Notes: generated by a model not told the origin, from the sequence alone. A stretch of DNA of 64,000 nucleotides from Capsulimonadaceae bacterium (GCA_965215505.1 OZ244065.1:4832001-4896000), one strand, 5' to 3'; shown: positions 8,431 to 18,439, counted from the first letter of the stretch. Program-made: numbers and translations.

Positions 8431-9651
8431 ATGCCCCAGCAGACATTCGCATATACCGCCCTCGACGCCACCGGCGCGCGCCGGGCCGGGGCCATCGAGG
8501 CCGAAAGCCGCGAGGCCGCCGTCGCGCGGCTGGCCGGGGAAGGGCGCTTCGTGCTGGAGATCGGCGCGGCCGACCGCCGCGCCCAGCCGGAACCGGGCGC
8601 GGCCCGCAGCGGCAAGCAGCCCTCCCGGCAAGATCTGGCCCTCTTCACGCGCCGATTGGCAGACCTCGCCTCGGCGGGCCTGCCCCTGGACCGCGTATTA
8701 CAGGTCGTCGCCGACCAGTCCGAGAGCGGGGCTTTGAAGCGCATCTCCGAGGAGGCCCTGACCGATGTGCGCTCGGGTATGCCGATCTCCCAGGCCCTGG
8801 CGAAGCACCCGAAGTACTTCAACAGCGTCTTCACGCAGACCCTGCGGGCCGGTGAGGCCAGCGGCCAGTTTGGGGAGGTGGCGAGCCGGCTGGCCGACTA
8901 CCAGGAGAAGGAAGTCACGCGGCGCGGCCAGGTCACCAGCGCCCTGGTCTACCCTGGCGTGCTGGCGACGACCTCGCTGGGCGTTATCATCTTCCTGATT
9001 ACATTCGTGCTCCCGCGCCTTTCGGGTGTATTCGCCGAGATGGGGGACGACTTGCCGATGACCACGAAGGCGCTTTTGGGAGCGTCCTCGTTCGTGACGC
9101 AGAACTGGATCGTTTTGGTCCTCCTCATCGGCGGCGTGACCGTCGGGGTGCGCGCCTGGCTCGCCACGGCTGCCGGGGCCGAGTCGCGCGACCGCTTCCT
9201 GCTGGCCGCGCCGGTCATCGGCCCGGTCGTCCAGAAGGCGACCATCTCCCGCTTCGCCCGCGTCCTCGGAACGCTGGTCTACGGCGGCGTCCCGATCTTG
9301 GAGGCCCTGGAGATCGCCGGGCTGTCGGCCAGCAACCGCGTCTTCCTCCGCAGCGCCCAGGCCGTGGAGGGCGAAGTCCGGGCGGGCCGGGCCATCGCCG
9401 AGGCGATGCGCGACGCTGGCGGCTTCCCGCCCGTGCTGACCCACATGGTCGGGGTCGGCGAGGAGATCGGCGACCTGCCCAAGATGCTCGGGCGCGTCGC
9501 CGACAGCCTGGACTTTGAAGTGGATACCGGCATCCGCCGCCTGGTCGCCCTGGTCGAGCCGGTGATCGTGCTGTCCATGGGGACTGTCGTTGGCTTCGTC
9601 GTCCTGTCAGTGCTCCTGCCCATCTATCAGGCGCAGAATTTGGTCAAATAA
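8431..9651 (+). CDS. gspF: Type II secretion inner-membrane platform GspF/PilC
   Basis: FAYTALD start, LASAGLPL, GEASGQ, ALVYP, GVPILEAL, GEEIG, LVEP and three TM segments. Confidence 0.95.
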   Translation: MPQQTFAYTALDATGARRAGAIEAESREAAVARLAGEGRFVLEIGAADRRAQPEPGAARSGKQPSRQDLALFTRRLADLASAGLPLDRVLQVVADQSESGALKRISEEALTDVRSGMPISQALAKHPKYFNSVFTQTLRAGEASGQFGEVASRLADYQEKEVTRRGQVTSALVYPGVLATTSLGVIIFLITFVLPRLSGVFAEMGDDLPMTTKALLGASSFVTQNWIVLVLLIGGVTVGVRAWLATAAGAESRDRFLLAAPVIGPVVQKATISRFARVLGTLVYGGVPILEALEIAGLSASNRVFLRSAQAVEGEVRAGRAIAEAMRDAGGFPPVLTHMVGVGEEIGDLPKMLGRVADSLDFEVDTGIRRLVALVEPVIVLSMGTVVGFVVLSVLLPIYQAQNLVK

Positions 9652-9653
9652 GT

Positions 9654-10085
9654 ATGAACATGAGAATCCCTAACCGGTCCCGGCGCGGCTTCACCCTGAT
9701 CGAGATGCTGGTCGTCATCCTGATCCTTGCGATCCTGGCGGCCCTGATCATCCCGCGCCTCATCGGACGCACCAGCGACGCCAAGATCGCGAAGTCCAAG
9801 GCCGACATCTCGACTCTCAGCAGCTCCTTGCAGGAGTACCGGCTGGACAACGACCGCTACCCGACCACCGAGGAGGGCCTGAACGCCCTGCGCGTCCGGC
9901 CCAGCAGCGCGCGCGGCTGGAAGGGGCCGTACACCACCAAGGACATCCCGATGGACGCCTGGGGCAACCCCTACGTCTACCAGTCCCCCGGCCCCGACGG
10001 GCAGGACTTCCTGGTCACCTCCTACGGGGCCGACGGGGCGCCGGGCGGCGAGAACGACGCCGCCGACATCACCAGTGACCAATGA
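9654..10085 (+). CDS. gspG: Major pseudopilin GspG
   Basis: GFTLIEML N-methylation site, YRLDNDRYPTTEEGLNAL, WKGPY, DAWGNPY, SYGADG. Confidence 0.95.
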   Translation: MNMRIPNRSRRGFTLIEMLVVILILAILAALIIPRLIGRTSDAKIAKSKADISTLSSSLQEYRLDNDRYPTTEEGLNALRVRPSSARGWKGPYTTKDIPMDAWGNPYVYQSPGPDGQDFLVTSYGADGAPGGENDAADITSDQ

Positions 10086-10614
10086 ACCGCTCCCGAAGCG
10101 TCCGGGCTACACGCTGATCGAGCTGATCGTCGTCCTGTTCGTCCTCCTGCTGATGACGACTGCCGTCGTGCCGCGCGTCATCGCCCTGCAAAAGACGCGC
10201 CGCCTCAAAGACGTGGAGGCGCGCGTCATCCGCCTCCCCGCCGAGGCCCGGAACGAGGCGGTGCGGACCGGGAAGCCGGTTCGGTTGCGCGTGGAAGGTG
10301 CCGATATGGTCCTGGACCGGGTGCCGCTGAACGGCTCGCCCGAAGAGGTCAAGCGCGTCCCGCTCGGGGCGGGCATTCAGGTAGACGCCGTGGAGCAGGA
10401 CAGTCGGCCCGCCAATACCGGGTCTTGGCAATGGACGGTCTACCCCGATGGCACCGCCGAGGCGGGCGGCATCGAGTTCACCGAAGGCGCGGCCCGGAAG
10501 TCCCTGGCGCTGTCCTCCGACGGCGGCTCCCAATGGGTGCTTGGGGACCTGCCGGACGCCACGCCGGAAAGCTGGCCCGCCGGTCGGCTCCAGCAGCGGA
10601 CTTCAGGCGGCTAG
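10075..10614 (+). CDS. gspH: Minor pseudopilin GspH/FimT-like
   Basis: GYTLIEL, ARNEAVR, YPDGTA and position after gspG. Confidence 0.8.
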   Translation: MTNEPLPKRPGYTLIELIVVLFVLLLMTTAVVPRVIALQKTRRLKDVEARVIRLPAEARNEAVRTGKPVRLRVEGADMVLDRVPLNGSPEEVKRVPLGAGIQVDAVEQDSRPANTGSWQWTVYPDGTAEAGGIEFTEGAARKSLALSSDGGSQWVLGDLPDATPESWPAGRLQQRTSGG

Positions 10615-10628
10615 GAAGGTTCATCCCG

Positions 10629-11024
10629 TTGAAACGCGGCTTCACGCTGATCGAGGTGCTGGTGACGGTCGTACTCGTGTCCGTCGCGGTCGTCGGCGTT
10701 CTGGGCGGCATCCGCTCCATCCAGGCCGCCGGGGCGCGGGCGCGGGACGCCGACCTCATGCAGAAATTGGTGGCCGAGAAGGTGGGGGACATCCGCCTGC
10801 TCTCGGACCCGACCACGGGCGGGAACGCGGGCGACTTCTCCGACCGGGGCCACGCCGAGATCACCTGGACGGCGGATGTCGAGACGACCGCGACCACCGA
10901 CATGGACAAGGTGACGGTCACGGCGACGCGCGGCGGCCAGTCGCAGGCCTTGACCACGCTGGTGTTCGTCCGCCCGTCCGGGGGGTCGTCTTCGGGATCG
11001 TCGGCGGGGGGCCTGTCGCCATGA
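10629..11024 (+). CDS. gspI: Minor pseudopilin GspI-like
   Basis: TTG start giving (M)KRGFTLIEVL, short pilin body. Stop overlaps the next ATG. Confidence 0.75.
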   Translation: MKRGFTLIEVLVTVVLVSVAVVGVLGGIRSIQAAGARARDADLMQKLVAEKVGDIRLLSDPTTGGNAGDFSDRGHAEITWTADVETTATTDMDKVTVTATRGGQSQALTTLVFVRPSGGSSSGSSAGGLSP

Positions 11025-11845
11025 ACTCTCCCGTGAAACGGCGGCGGGGCGTGACCCTCATCGAGCTGCTCATCGTCCTGGTCATCACGGCGATCCTGGC
11101 CTCGGCCATCGGGTACGCCTTCACCGCCGAGCTGACCATGCAGCGAATCGAAGAAAGCCGCCGGGCGGACATGGACCGGAGCGACGCGACCGAGCGGCGC
11201 ATCGCGCGGCTGCTGCAAGGGGCGAAGCTGCTCGGCCTCGCCGTCCCCGGCGCGGTCCCCATCCCGACCGCAGCGGGGGCCTCGCCGGCCACGGCGACCG
11301 CGGTCGCCGCCGCCGGTCAGACCACCTACTTCGAAGGGCTGACCGAGGGCGGCGCGAGCGACCTGGGCAGCGACCGGCTGACTTTCACCACGACGGCCCC
11401 GGCCCTGCCGCTGGCCGCACTCGACGGCACGGACGACTTCGAGACGCAGCAGGGGGCGCGCGGGCCGGTCGGCGGCCTGGCCGAAGTCTCCCTGAGCGTG
11501 ACGGCCGTGGGCGATCCGGGCGGGCGCGTCGGCCTGTTCGAGCGCATCCAGCGGCCCAGCGACGCGGATCCGACGCAGGGCGGGACCGAGTCCCTCATAG
11601 ACGCGCGGATCGCGCGCGTCGGCTTCCAGTTCTGGGACGGGGCGCAGTGGGACACGTCCTGGGACGCCGGCACCCCCCCCCGTCTGCCCCAGGCTGTCCG
11701 CGTCAGCTACACGCTGCGGGGCCACCTGGACAGCGACGTCCGCGTCTTCGACGTGCCCATCCCCGCCAGCGATGTGGACGCACAGGCACCGCAGGCCACT
11801 AGTGCAGACGCGGCATCGCCGCAGGGCGCGGGGGCCGGCCAATGA
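11021..11845 (+). CDS. gspJ: Minor pseudopilin GspJ-like
   Basis: RRGVTLIELL and C-terminal FQFWDGAQWDTSWD...LPQAVRV typical of GspJ. Confidence 0.8.
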   Translation: MNSPVKRRRGVTLIELLIVLVITAILASAIGYAFTAELTMQRIEESRRADMDRSDATERRIARLLQGAKLLGLAVPGAVPIPTAAGASPATATAVAAAGQTTYFEGLTEGGASDLGSDRLTFTTTAPALPLAALDGTDDFETQQGARGPVGGLAEVSLSVTAVGDPGGRVGLFERIQRPSDADPTQGGTESLIDARIARVGFQFWDGAQWDTSWDAGTPPRLPQAVRVSYTLRGHLDSDVRVFDVPIPASDVDAQAPQATSADAASPQGAGAGQ

Positions 11846-11858
11846 AAAGAACGCGGCG

Positions 11859-13097
11859 ATGAAAAGAATGCGGCGCGGATACATCTTGGTGCAGGCCCTC
11901 GTCGTCATCGCCGGGCTGCTGGCCCTCATGGCGATGCTGGCCGCCGACCAGCGCACCTCCAACCAGGGGGTGCAGGACCGCCTGCGCCTGCGCCGGGCCG
12001 AGGACGCCGATGATGCCGCCGTCGCCCGCGCGCTGGCCGCCGTGCAGGCCGCCGACACCAGTGTCGTCACCGTGAACGACGACTGGGCCTTGGTGGGCGA
12101 CGGGGGCGGCGAGGAGTTCGACCTGGGCGACGCCACCTTCCGGGTGCAGCTCGTTGACGCCGGGGCGCTCGTCAACCTCAACAGCGCGCCCTCCGCCCAG
12201 CTTGAGCGCCTGCCGGTCACGCAGGAGCAGGTCCACTGCCTGCTCGACTGGCGCGAGCCGCAGTCACAGCCCCAGCCGGACGGCGCGAAGGACAACTACT
12301 ACAACGAGCTGCCGACGCCTTACAATGCCAAGCTCGGCCCGCTCGCCGCCGTGGATGAGCTGCTGCTGGTGAAGGGCTGGACCGGCCAGACTCTCTACCA
12401 GGCCCCCCCCTCGGCGGCCTCGGGCGACCTGCTGACCGACGCCGACGGGACCTCCCTGCCGCTGGCCTCTCTGTTCACCGTAGACAACGGGACGCCGAAC
12501 ACGCGGGCGGACGGCACGGCGCGCATCAACCTGGGACAGCCCGGCGCGGACCCCGAAACCCTGACGCGGGCGGGCGTCAACCCTCAGCTCGCCATGCAGG
12601 TCGCCTCGGGCGCTCCCTACACGTCTTTCAGCGCCCTGCTCGCGCTGCCGGGCATGGAAGCGCAGTCGGCCGGGGCGCTGCTGGACGTGGCGACGTTCAC
12701 GAGCGAGAAAAGGGTCGAAGGGAAGATCAATCTGAACACAGCCCCCCAGGCCGTCCTGCGGACCCTCCCGGACATGACGCCCGGCATCGCCTCGTCCATC
12801 GTGTCCAAGCAGTCATCAGGGTTTCACAAACTGAGCGAGTTGGCCGACCTGCGCGGCGTGGACCTGCCCCGCCTGACGAAGCTGGCCGACAGCTTCACCG
12901 TCGGCAGCGACACCTGGATCGTCCGCGCTTATGGCCGCAGCGGCGGGGTCGGCGTCCCCGTCGAGGCGGTCATCGGGGTGCGCGAGGGCCGCGCCGTGGT
13001 GCTGACGTGGACGCGGCTGAACACGACCGGCATCCCCCTCTGGTGGGGCTGGCCTTCGCAGACGACCTCAACGGCACAGGCGGGGGACGCGCCGTGA
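11859..13097 (+). CDS. gspK: Pseudopilin GspK with HhH repeats
   Basis: RRGYILVQAL (no Glu5), DAGALVNLN, LLDWRE, DELLLVKG, RINL/KINLNTAP. Confidence 0.85.
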   Translation: MKRMRRGYILVQALVVIAGLLALMAMLAADQRTSNQGVQDRLRLRRAEDADDAAVARALAAVQAADTSVVTVNDDWALVGDGGGEEFDLGDATFRVQLVDAGALVNLNSAPSAQLERLPVTQEQVHCLLDWREPQSQPQPDGAKDNYYNELPTPYNAKLGPLAAVDELLLVKGWTGQTLYQAPPSAASGDLLTDADGTSLPLASLFTVDNGTPNTRADGTARINLGQPGADPETLTRAGVNPQLAMQVASGAPYTSFSALLALPGMEAQSAGALLDVATFTSEKRVEGKINLNTAPQAVLRTLPDMTPGIASSIVSKQSSGFHKLSELADLRGVDLPRLTKLADSFTVGSDTWIVRAYGRSGGVGVPVEAVIGVREGRAVVLTWTRLNTTGIPLWWGWPSQTTSTAQAGDAP

Positions 13098-13121
13098 GGA
13101 CGACCACATGAGAATGACCAG

Positions 13122-14453
13122 ATGAGAGTAAGCAAAATCCTTCAGTCCCCCGTCCACGTCGAGTGGACGCCGGGCGGCGTCCGCGCGGTCAACATCGCGA
13201 CCCGCGAGACCGCGCAGGGCCTCCGGCTGTCCGACATCGGGCCGATCCTGAACGGGCACGGGCACCCGCTGGTCGGGGTCGGGCGGCGCGACGTGTTCCT
13301 GAAATCGGTGCGCCTGCCCAAAGCGGACCCGGAGGACCTGCGGCGCATCCTGGGAGTCCAGCTCGGCCAGCTCTTCCCGCTGCCGCCGGACCAGCTTTCG
13401 TTTGACTTCTTCCAGACCGCCGACCAGACCGCCGAGGGCTGGCTCACCGTCATCGCCGCCATGCGCGGGGAGGACCTGAAGCGGCTCCAGGCCGACCTCA
13501 AGGCGGCGGGCCTGACGCCCGCCCGCATCCTCCCGGTCGCCCTGGCCGCGCCCGCCGTGGCGGCAAGCGCGGGCAAGGCGGACGCCCTCGTCCTCGAATC
13601 CGGCGCGGCCGGGCTGGCACTGGACGTGGTGCGGGGCGGGGTACTCGTCTTCAGCCGGGTCGTCCCCGGCGCGTCCGACCCGGAGTGCGAGGCGACGCGC
13701 ACCCTGGCCGCCGCCCAGGCCGGGGCGCTGCCGGTCGTGACGGCGGGCGAGGCCGTCGCCGGGTCCGCCCTGGCGGGCGCGCTGCCCGGCTTCGGCACGT
13801 CCCTCAGCCTGCTGCACGAAGCGCCGCCGTTCTCCTTCCGGCTGGCCGAGGACCGCGCGCGGGACCTGAAGAGCCTGGCCGGGGACCGGACGCGGCTGGC
13901 CATCCTCCTGATGCTGTCCGCCCTGCTGCTGGTCGCCCTGGTCTGGGCGGACCGCCAGCAGGCCGCGGCGGCGGCCAAGAAGCGCCAGGGCGTCCTGGCC
14001 CGGCAGCTCACCGTCCTGCGGTCCACCCAGGACGCCGCCGCCGCCGAGGCCCAGAAGGTCTACGGCGTCCAGGACGTGCTGGGCCGCGCCTTCGGCCCCG
14101 CCCAGCCGCTCGGCGACATCGTCTCGGTGGTCGGCGACGGCCTGCCGCCCGGCACCTGGCTGACCGGGCTGGGCGTCGAGCGCGGCAAGCCTCTCCAGAT
14201 CCGGGGCACGGCGACCTCGCCCGGCGACGTGCCGCGCATCGTCCACGCCCTGGGCGCAAGCCCCCGGTTCCGGGACGTCCGGCTGGTCTTCGCCAACAGC
14301 GTCACGATCGGCAAGGCGAAGCTCGTGGAGTTCGACGTGAGCGCCGTCTGCGTCGGCAACCTGCCCCTGTCCGAGCCGGACAAGGCCGGCGGGGTGAACG
14401 CGAGCGCCGGGCAGGCTTCGGGCGACACGGCCGCCCCCGCACCGGGAGAATAG
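13122..14453 (+). CDS. GspL / PilM-PilN-like fusion
   Basis: N-terminal actin-like region, one TM (LAILLMLSALLLVALVW) and C-terminal PilN-like LPPGTWLTGL...IRGTA. Confidence 0.7.
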   Translation: MRVSKILQSPVHVEWTPGGVRAVNIATRETAQGLRLSDIGPILNGHGHPLVGVGRRDVFLKSVRLPKADPEDLRRILGVQLGQLFPLPPDQLSFDFFQTADQTAEGWLTVIAAMRGEDLKRLQADLKAAGLTPARILPVALAAPAVAASAGKADALVLESGAAGLALDVVRGGVLVFSRVVPGASDPECEATRTLAAAQAGALPVVTAGEAVAGSALAGALPGFGTSLSLLHEAPPFSFRLAEDRARDLKSLAGDRTRLAILLMLSALLLVALVWADRQQAAAAAKKRQGVLARQLTVLRSTQDAAAAEAQKVYGVQDVLGRAFGPAQPLGDIVSVVGDGLPPGTWLTGLGVERGKPLQIRGTATSPGDVPRIVHALGASPRFRDVRLVFANSVTIGKAKLVEFDVSAVCVGNLPLSEPDKAGGVNASAGQASGDTAAPAPGE

Positions 14454-14465
14454 GAACAGCCACGA

Positions 14466-15062
14466 ATGATCAGTTTCCAGCGGCGTGAAGACGTCGTGCC
14501 CAGCGTCCTGATGATCCTCTCCCTCCTCGTCCTGGCGGGGACGCTGGCCTACATGCTCCTGGTCCCGAAGCCCAGCGCGGCGGCCGGGGCGCGGGCCTCC
14601 ACCAGCAGCCGCCGGAGGATGGTGGACGACATCGCCGACACCCGCAGGCAGACGCGCCTGGCGCGGGCCGCTGTCCAGCCGCGTCTCTGGCACGGCGACC
14701 CCGAGGCCGTCACGGCGACCGTTCTGTCCCATCTCACCGCCCAGACCGGGCACCGCGCCCTGAAGCTGGCCGCCTTCCGCCCCGACCGCCCGCGCGCCTT
14801 TGAACAGGTGACCGAGCTGCGGTTCGACGCCCAGGTGTCCGGGCCTTATGCGGGCCTCCACTCGCTCCTGGACGGCCTGGACGCGGCCGACAGCAAGGTG
14901 GTCCTGCGCTCGGTCCAGATCACCCTGTCCCAGACGGCGGGCAACACGGTGGCGGCGACCCTGGGCCTGTCGGCCTTCGTCGCGACCGGCCCCGCGCTCT
15001 CGGAACCCCCCGCCGGTGCCACCGCCCAGGAAGTACCGGAGAAGGGAGGCGGACGTGGCTAA
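14466..15062 (+). CDS. GspM/PilO-like protein
   Basis: N-terminal TM, coiled region, VSGPYAGLHSLL ferredoxin-like pattern and operon position. Confidence 0.65.
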   Translation: MISFQRREDVVPSVLMILSLLVLAGTLAYMLLVPKPSAAAGARASTSSRRRMVDDIADTRRQTRLARAAVQPRLWHGDPEAVTATVLSHLTAQTGHRALKLAAFRPDRPRAFEQVTELRFDAQVSGPYAGLHSLLDGLDAADSKVVLRSVQITLSQTAGNTVAATLGLSAFVATGPALSEPPAGATAQEVPEKGGGRG

Positions 15063-15669
15063 GATCAGCCGGCCCGCCGTCTATACCGCCGTGGCCGCCG
15101 TCGCCGTCTACGCGGTCGTCCTGCTGACGCAGCCGGACGCGCCCGCCCCGGCCCACAAGAAGCACCCCGCGCGGCGCGCGCGGGCCGACGCGGACGCCTT
15201 TACGGCCGCCGACCTGTCGGCGCACTTCGCCCGCTACCTCGGCAGCAAGCGCAACCCGTTCCTGTCCAAGCTGCCCGCCGCCAAGCCCCCGCCCGGTGCT
15301 GGCGAGCGCGGCGAGTGGAACCTGACCGGCATCAACATCATCAACGGCGTCCCGAACGCGCTTGTCGAGAACAGCGCGACCGGCGACAGCGTGTTCCTGA
15401 AGCCCGGCGACCGCTGGCGCGGCCTGCGCGTGATCTCCATCGGGACCGACGCCGTCGCCTTCCTGAACGCCCTGGGCCAGCAGACGCACCTCGCCTTCCG
15501 CCCGCTCGAAGCCGTCCCGCCCGCGCCGGGCGGCCGCGAGCCGGGCGGCGGCTTCCACCTCCAGGGCCTCGGCACCGTCGCGCCGCTCGCCCCGATGCCG
15601 GTCGGCCACCTGCGCTCGATCCCGGTCCTGCCGCCTTTGTCCTCGCCCCCCGGCATGCAAGGAAGATAA
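15055..15669 (+). CDS. GspC/PilP-like membrane-anchored protein
   Basis: GTG start after a GGAGG SD, TM, RNPF, WNLTGI...ALVEN...LKPGD. Lies just before the secretin. Confidence 0.6.
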   Translation: MAKISRPAVYTAVAAVAVYAVVLLTQPDAPAPAHKKHPARRARADADAFTAADLSAHFARYLGSKRNPFLSKLPAAKPPPGAGERGEWNLTGINIINGVPNALVENSATGDSVFLKPGDRWRGLRVISIGTDAVAFLNALGQQTHLAFRPLEAVPPAPGGREPGGGFHLQGLGTVAPLAPMPVGHLRSIPVLPPLSSPPGMQGR

Positions 15670-15675
15670 CACACT

Positions 15676-18408
15676 ATGAAGTCATTCCGCTATTGGACGA
15701 TCCTGCTTGCCCTGGCCGCCATCGCCGCCGGGACGGAGGGCGACGCCCCGCCCGCGTCCGCCCAGACCGCCCCGGCCGCCGCGCCCGCCGCGGACCCTGC
15801 GCCGCCGCCGGCCCCCCCGCCCACCGCGGACCCTGCGCCGCCGCCGGCCCCCCCGCCCACCGTCACCGTGACCGTCACTCCGGCTGCCCCGGCGGCAACG
15901 CCCGCCGCGACGCCCGCGCCTGCCGCCGCCCCGGCGACGACCCCGCCCGCGACTCTCCCGCCCGCCCCGGTCATGGTGCGCCAGCCTTACCGGCCCGCCG
16001 TGAAGGCCGTCCCCAAAAAGGTGGTCCCCAAGCCCAAAAAGCCCGCCGTCAAGAAGGCCGCAAAGCCCATCCCCAAGCCGCCGCCCCCGTGGACGACCTT
16101 CAACCTCAACCCGAACACGCGCGTCAAGCTGGACTTCCGCAACGCCAACGTGGACGCCGTGATCCACTTCTTGAGCCAGGCCAGCGGCATCGCCATCATC
16201 AAGGACCCCGCGCTGGCCGGGGGCGTGACACTCCAGAGCCCCAAGCCGCAGTCGCTCAACGAGGCCTTCGCGCTGTTCGACGCCCTGCTGCATCTGAAGA
16301 ACTACGAGATCACCAAGGAAGGAAACTTCCTGCTGGTCGCGGCCCGCACGCCCGGCGGCGCGGGCGCTCCCGCCGGCGCGTCCGTCGCCGGGAAACCGGG
16401 CGGGATGCCCATGATGGGTGTGCAGGGAGGCCCCCCCGGCGGCATGCCTGGAGGAATGCCCCCAGGCGGGATGCCCGGTGGGATGCCGGGCGGCATGCCC
16501 CCCGGCGCGATGCCGGGCGGACCCGGAAAGCCCGGCGGGCCGGCCAGCACGGAGCCGGTGCTGAAGGTCTACCTCATCCACTTCGCCAGCGCCACCGAGG
16601 TCGCCCGCGTCGTCACCGAGGTGTTCGGGGCCGCCGCCCCGCCGGCGAACCCGTTCTTCCAGCCGCAAGGCCCCCCCGCGCCGACGGGGAACAAGCCGGT
16701 CATCAAGGCCTCCGCCGAGGACTACAGCAACTCGGTGGTCGTCTACGCGCCCGCCGCCCAGCAGGCCGACATCGCCCTCTTCATCGCCCAGATCGACAAG
16801 GCCTCGGACGAGCCGCAGATCCCGCGCGTCTTCAAACTCCAGTTCGCGCTGGCTTCGGACCTCGCGACCGTCATCCAGGGAGTCCTGAACGACAGCGCCC
16901 CACTGGGCCGGGGTGGGTCCACGACGGCCAAAAAAGACCAGAACCGCAACCAGAACTTCTTCTTCTTCGGCGGGTCGGACAACTCGCAGAACAAGAACGG
17001 GACGGTCATCGCCGACTCGCGCACCAACTCGCTCGTCGTCACCGCGACGGTCGAGAACCTGGACCACATCGCGACCGTGCTGAAAGAGCTGGACCAGCCC
17101 GCCGCCTTCCAAAGCACGACCTGGGTGTATGCCTTCAAGAACGCCCGCGCCGACGTGGTCGCGAACCTGCTCAATCAGTCCTTCGGCAACAAGACCACGA
17201 ACGGCCCCGTCGGCGGGTCGCTGACGAATACCGGCCTGAACCAGAGCAGCGGCAGCCAGGTCGGGCAGACCAGCGGGAACGGCGGCAGCAGCCAGCCGCC
17301 CTCCCTCCAGGGCAACAATGGCAACGGCAACAACGGCAATTTCAACAACGGCAACGGCAACCCGCGCCAGGACAGCGGCCAGTTCGGTTCGAACGGCTCC
17401 AGCCCCGCGACGACCGGGTTTGACAGCCAGGGCCGCGTCGTCAACGTCCGCAGCCTGGTCGGGCTAGTCCTGCTGGTGCCGAACATCGACACCAACAGCG
17501 TCATCGTCGTCTCGCCGCCCGAGGACCGGCCCGTCGTCCAGTCTATTCTGGAGCAGATGGACGAGATCCCCAAGCAGGTGATGATCGAAACCCTGGTCGT
17601 CGAGGCCAACTTGGACAAGGCGCACCAGCTCGGCATCGAGTTCAGCGGGACCCAGAACAACCCCTTCGGCGGCTTCCACGGCACCCAGACCGAGTCGCAA
17701 AACTTCGGGCTGCAAGCCAACACGGCCCAGCCGCAGGGCCTCCGCTACACCCTGGGGGCGGGGCAGTACCAGGTCTTCCTCAACGCCGTCCAGACCGACT
17801 CGCGGTTCAACGTCCTGAGTACGCCGCGCATCTTCACGACCAACAACGCGACCGCCCAGATCAACATCAGCCAGAGCCTCCCCTATGTCACCAACCAGAC
17901 CGTGACCACGACCGGGACCATCCTCTACAACTACAACTTCCTGAGCGTCGGCATCGTCCTGACCGTCACCCCGCGCATCACCTCCAACGGCTATGTGACC
18001 ATGGACGTCACCCAGACCGCCAACGACTTCGTCAGCTACACCAGCTTCAACGCCCCCATCGTCAACCAGCGCGAGGCGCAGACGACCGTGAGCGTCAAGG
18101 ACGGCGAAACGGTGGTCCTGGGCGGCATCATCAACAACTCGGTCTCGCGGACGGTCAACAAGATCCCGTTCCTGGGCGACCTCCCTATCGTCGGCAACCT
18201 GTTCCGGTCCACCAGCAAGACCGACAACAAGACCGAACTCCTGGTCTTCCTGACCCCCCACGTCGTCCGCGACCCGACCGAAGCGCGCCGCCTCCGCACC
18301 CAGACCGAGCAGGAACTCGGCAAGACCACCCAGCAGATGATCCCCCCCGCCCAGAAGCCATTGGGCGGGGAGAAGGCGGACATGGTGGGCGGAGACGGGC
18401 TGAAATAG
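15676..18408 (+). CDS. gspD: Type II secretion secretin GspD
   Basis: LDFRNANV (N0), repeated N domains (ADSRTNSLVV), QVMIETLVVE, LSTPRI, VKDGETVVLGG, IPFLGDLPIVGNLF, TELLVFLTPHV. Confidence 0.95.
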   Translation: MKSFRYWTILLALAAIAAGTEGDAPPASAQTAPAAAPAADPAPPPAPPPTADPAPPPAPPPTVTVTVTPAAPAATPAATPAPAAAPATTPPATLPPAPVMVRQPYRPAVKAVPKKVVPKPKKPAVKKAAKPIPKPPPPWTTFNLNPNTRVKLDFRNANVDAVIHFLSQASGIAIIKDPALAGGVTLQSPKPQSLNEAFALFDALLHLKNYEITKEGNFLLVAARTPGGAGAPAGASVAGKPGGMPMMGVQGGPPGGMPGGMPPGGMPGGMPGGMPPGAMPGGPGKPGGPASTEPVLKVYLIHFASATEVARVVTEVFGAAAPPANPFFQPQGPPAPTGNKPVIKASAEDYSNSVVVYAPAAQQADIALFIAQIDKASDEPQIPRVFKLQFALASDLATVIQGVLNDSAPLGRGGSTTAKKDQNRNQNFFFFGGSDNSQNKNGTVIADSRTNSLVVTATVENLDHIATVLKELDQPAAFQSTTWVYAFKNARADVVANLLNQSFGNKTTNGPVGGSLTNTGLNQSSGSQVGQTSGNGGSSQPPSLQGNNGNGNNGNFNNGNGNPRQDSGQFGSNGSSPATTGFDSQGRVVNVRSLVGLVLLVPNIDTNSVIVVSPPEDRPVVQSILEQMDEIPKQVMIETLVVEANLDKAHQLGIEFSGTQNNPFGGFHGTQTESQNFGLQANTAQPQGLRYTLGAGQYQVFLNAVQTDSRFNVLSTPRIFTTNNATAQINISQSLPYVTNQTVTTTGTILYNYNFLSVGIVLTVTPRITSNGYVTMDVTQTANDFVSYTSFNAPIVNQREAQTTVSVKDGETVVLGGIINNSVSRTVNKIPFLGDLPIVGNLFRSTSKTDNKTELLVFLTPHVVRDPTEARRLRTQTEQELGKTTQQMIPPAQKPLGGEKADMVGGDGLK
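15788..15862 (+). repeat. Exact 36-bp tandem duplication inside gspD (ADPAPPPAPPPT x2)
   Basis: ccgcggaccctgcgccgccgccggcccccccgccca begins at 15788 and again at 15824. Confidence 0.9.
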
Positions 18409-18439
18409 GCTGGCAGAGGTCGGGCAGCGGAAGAAGAGG

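Noticed and set aside
10478-14861. 605-aa and 597-aa minus-strand ORFs
   Set aside because: Shadows of the gspI-gspM genes.
16400-16520. Short periodic repeats as a possible CRISPR array
   Set aside because: In-frame PGGM coding repeats with no unique spacers and no cas genes. The same applies to the Gly/Pro tract at ~61735-61875.
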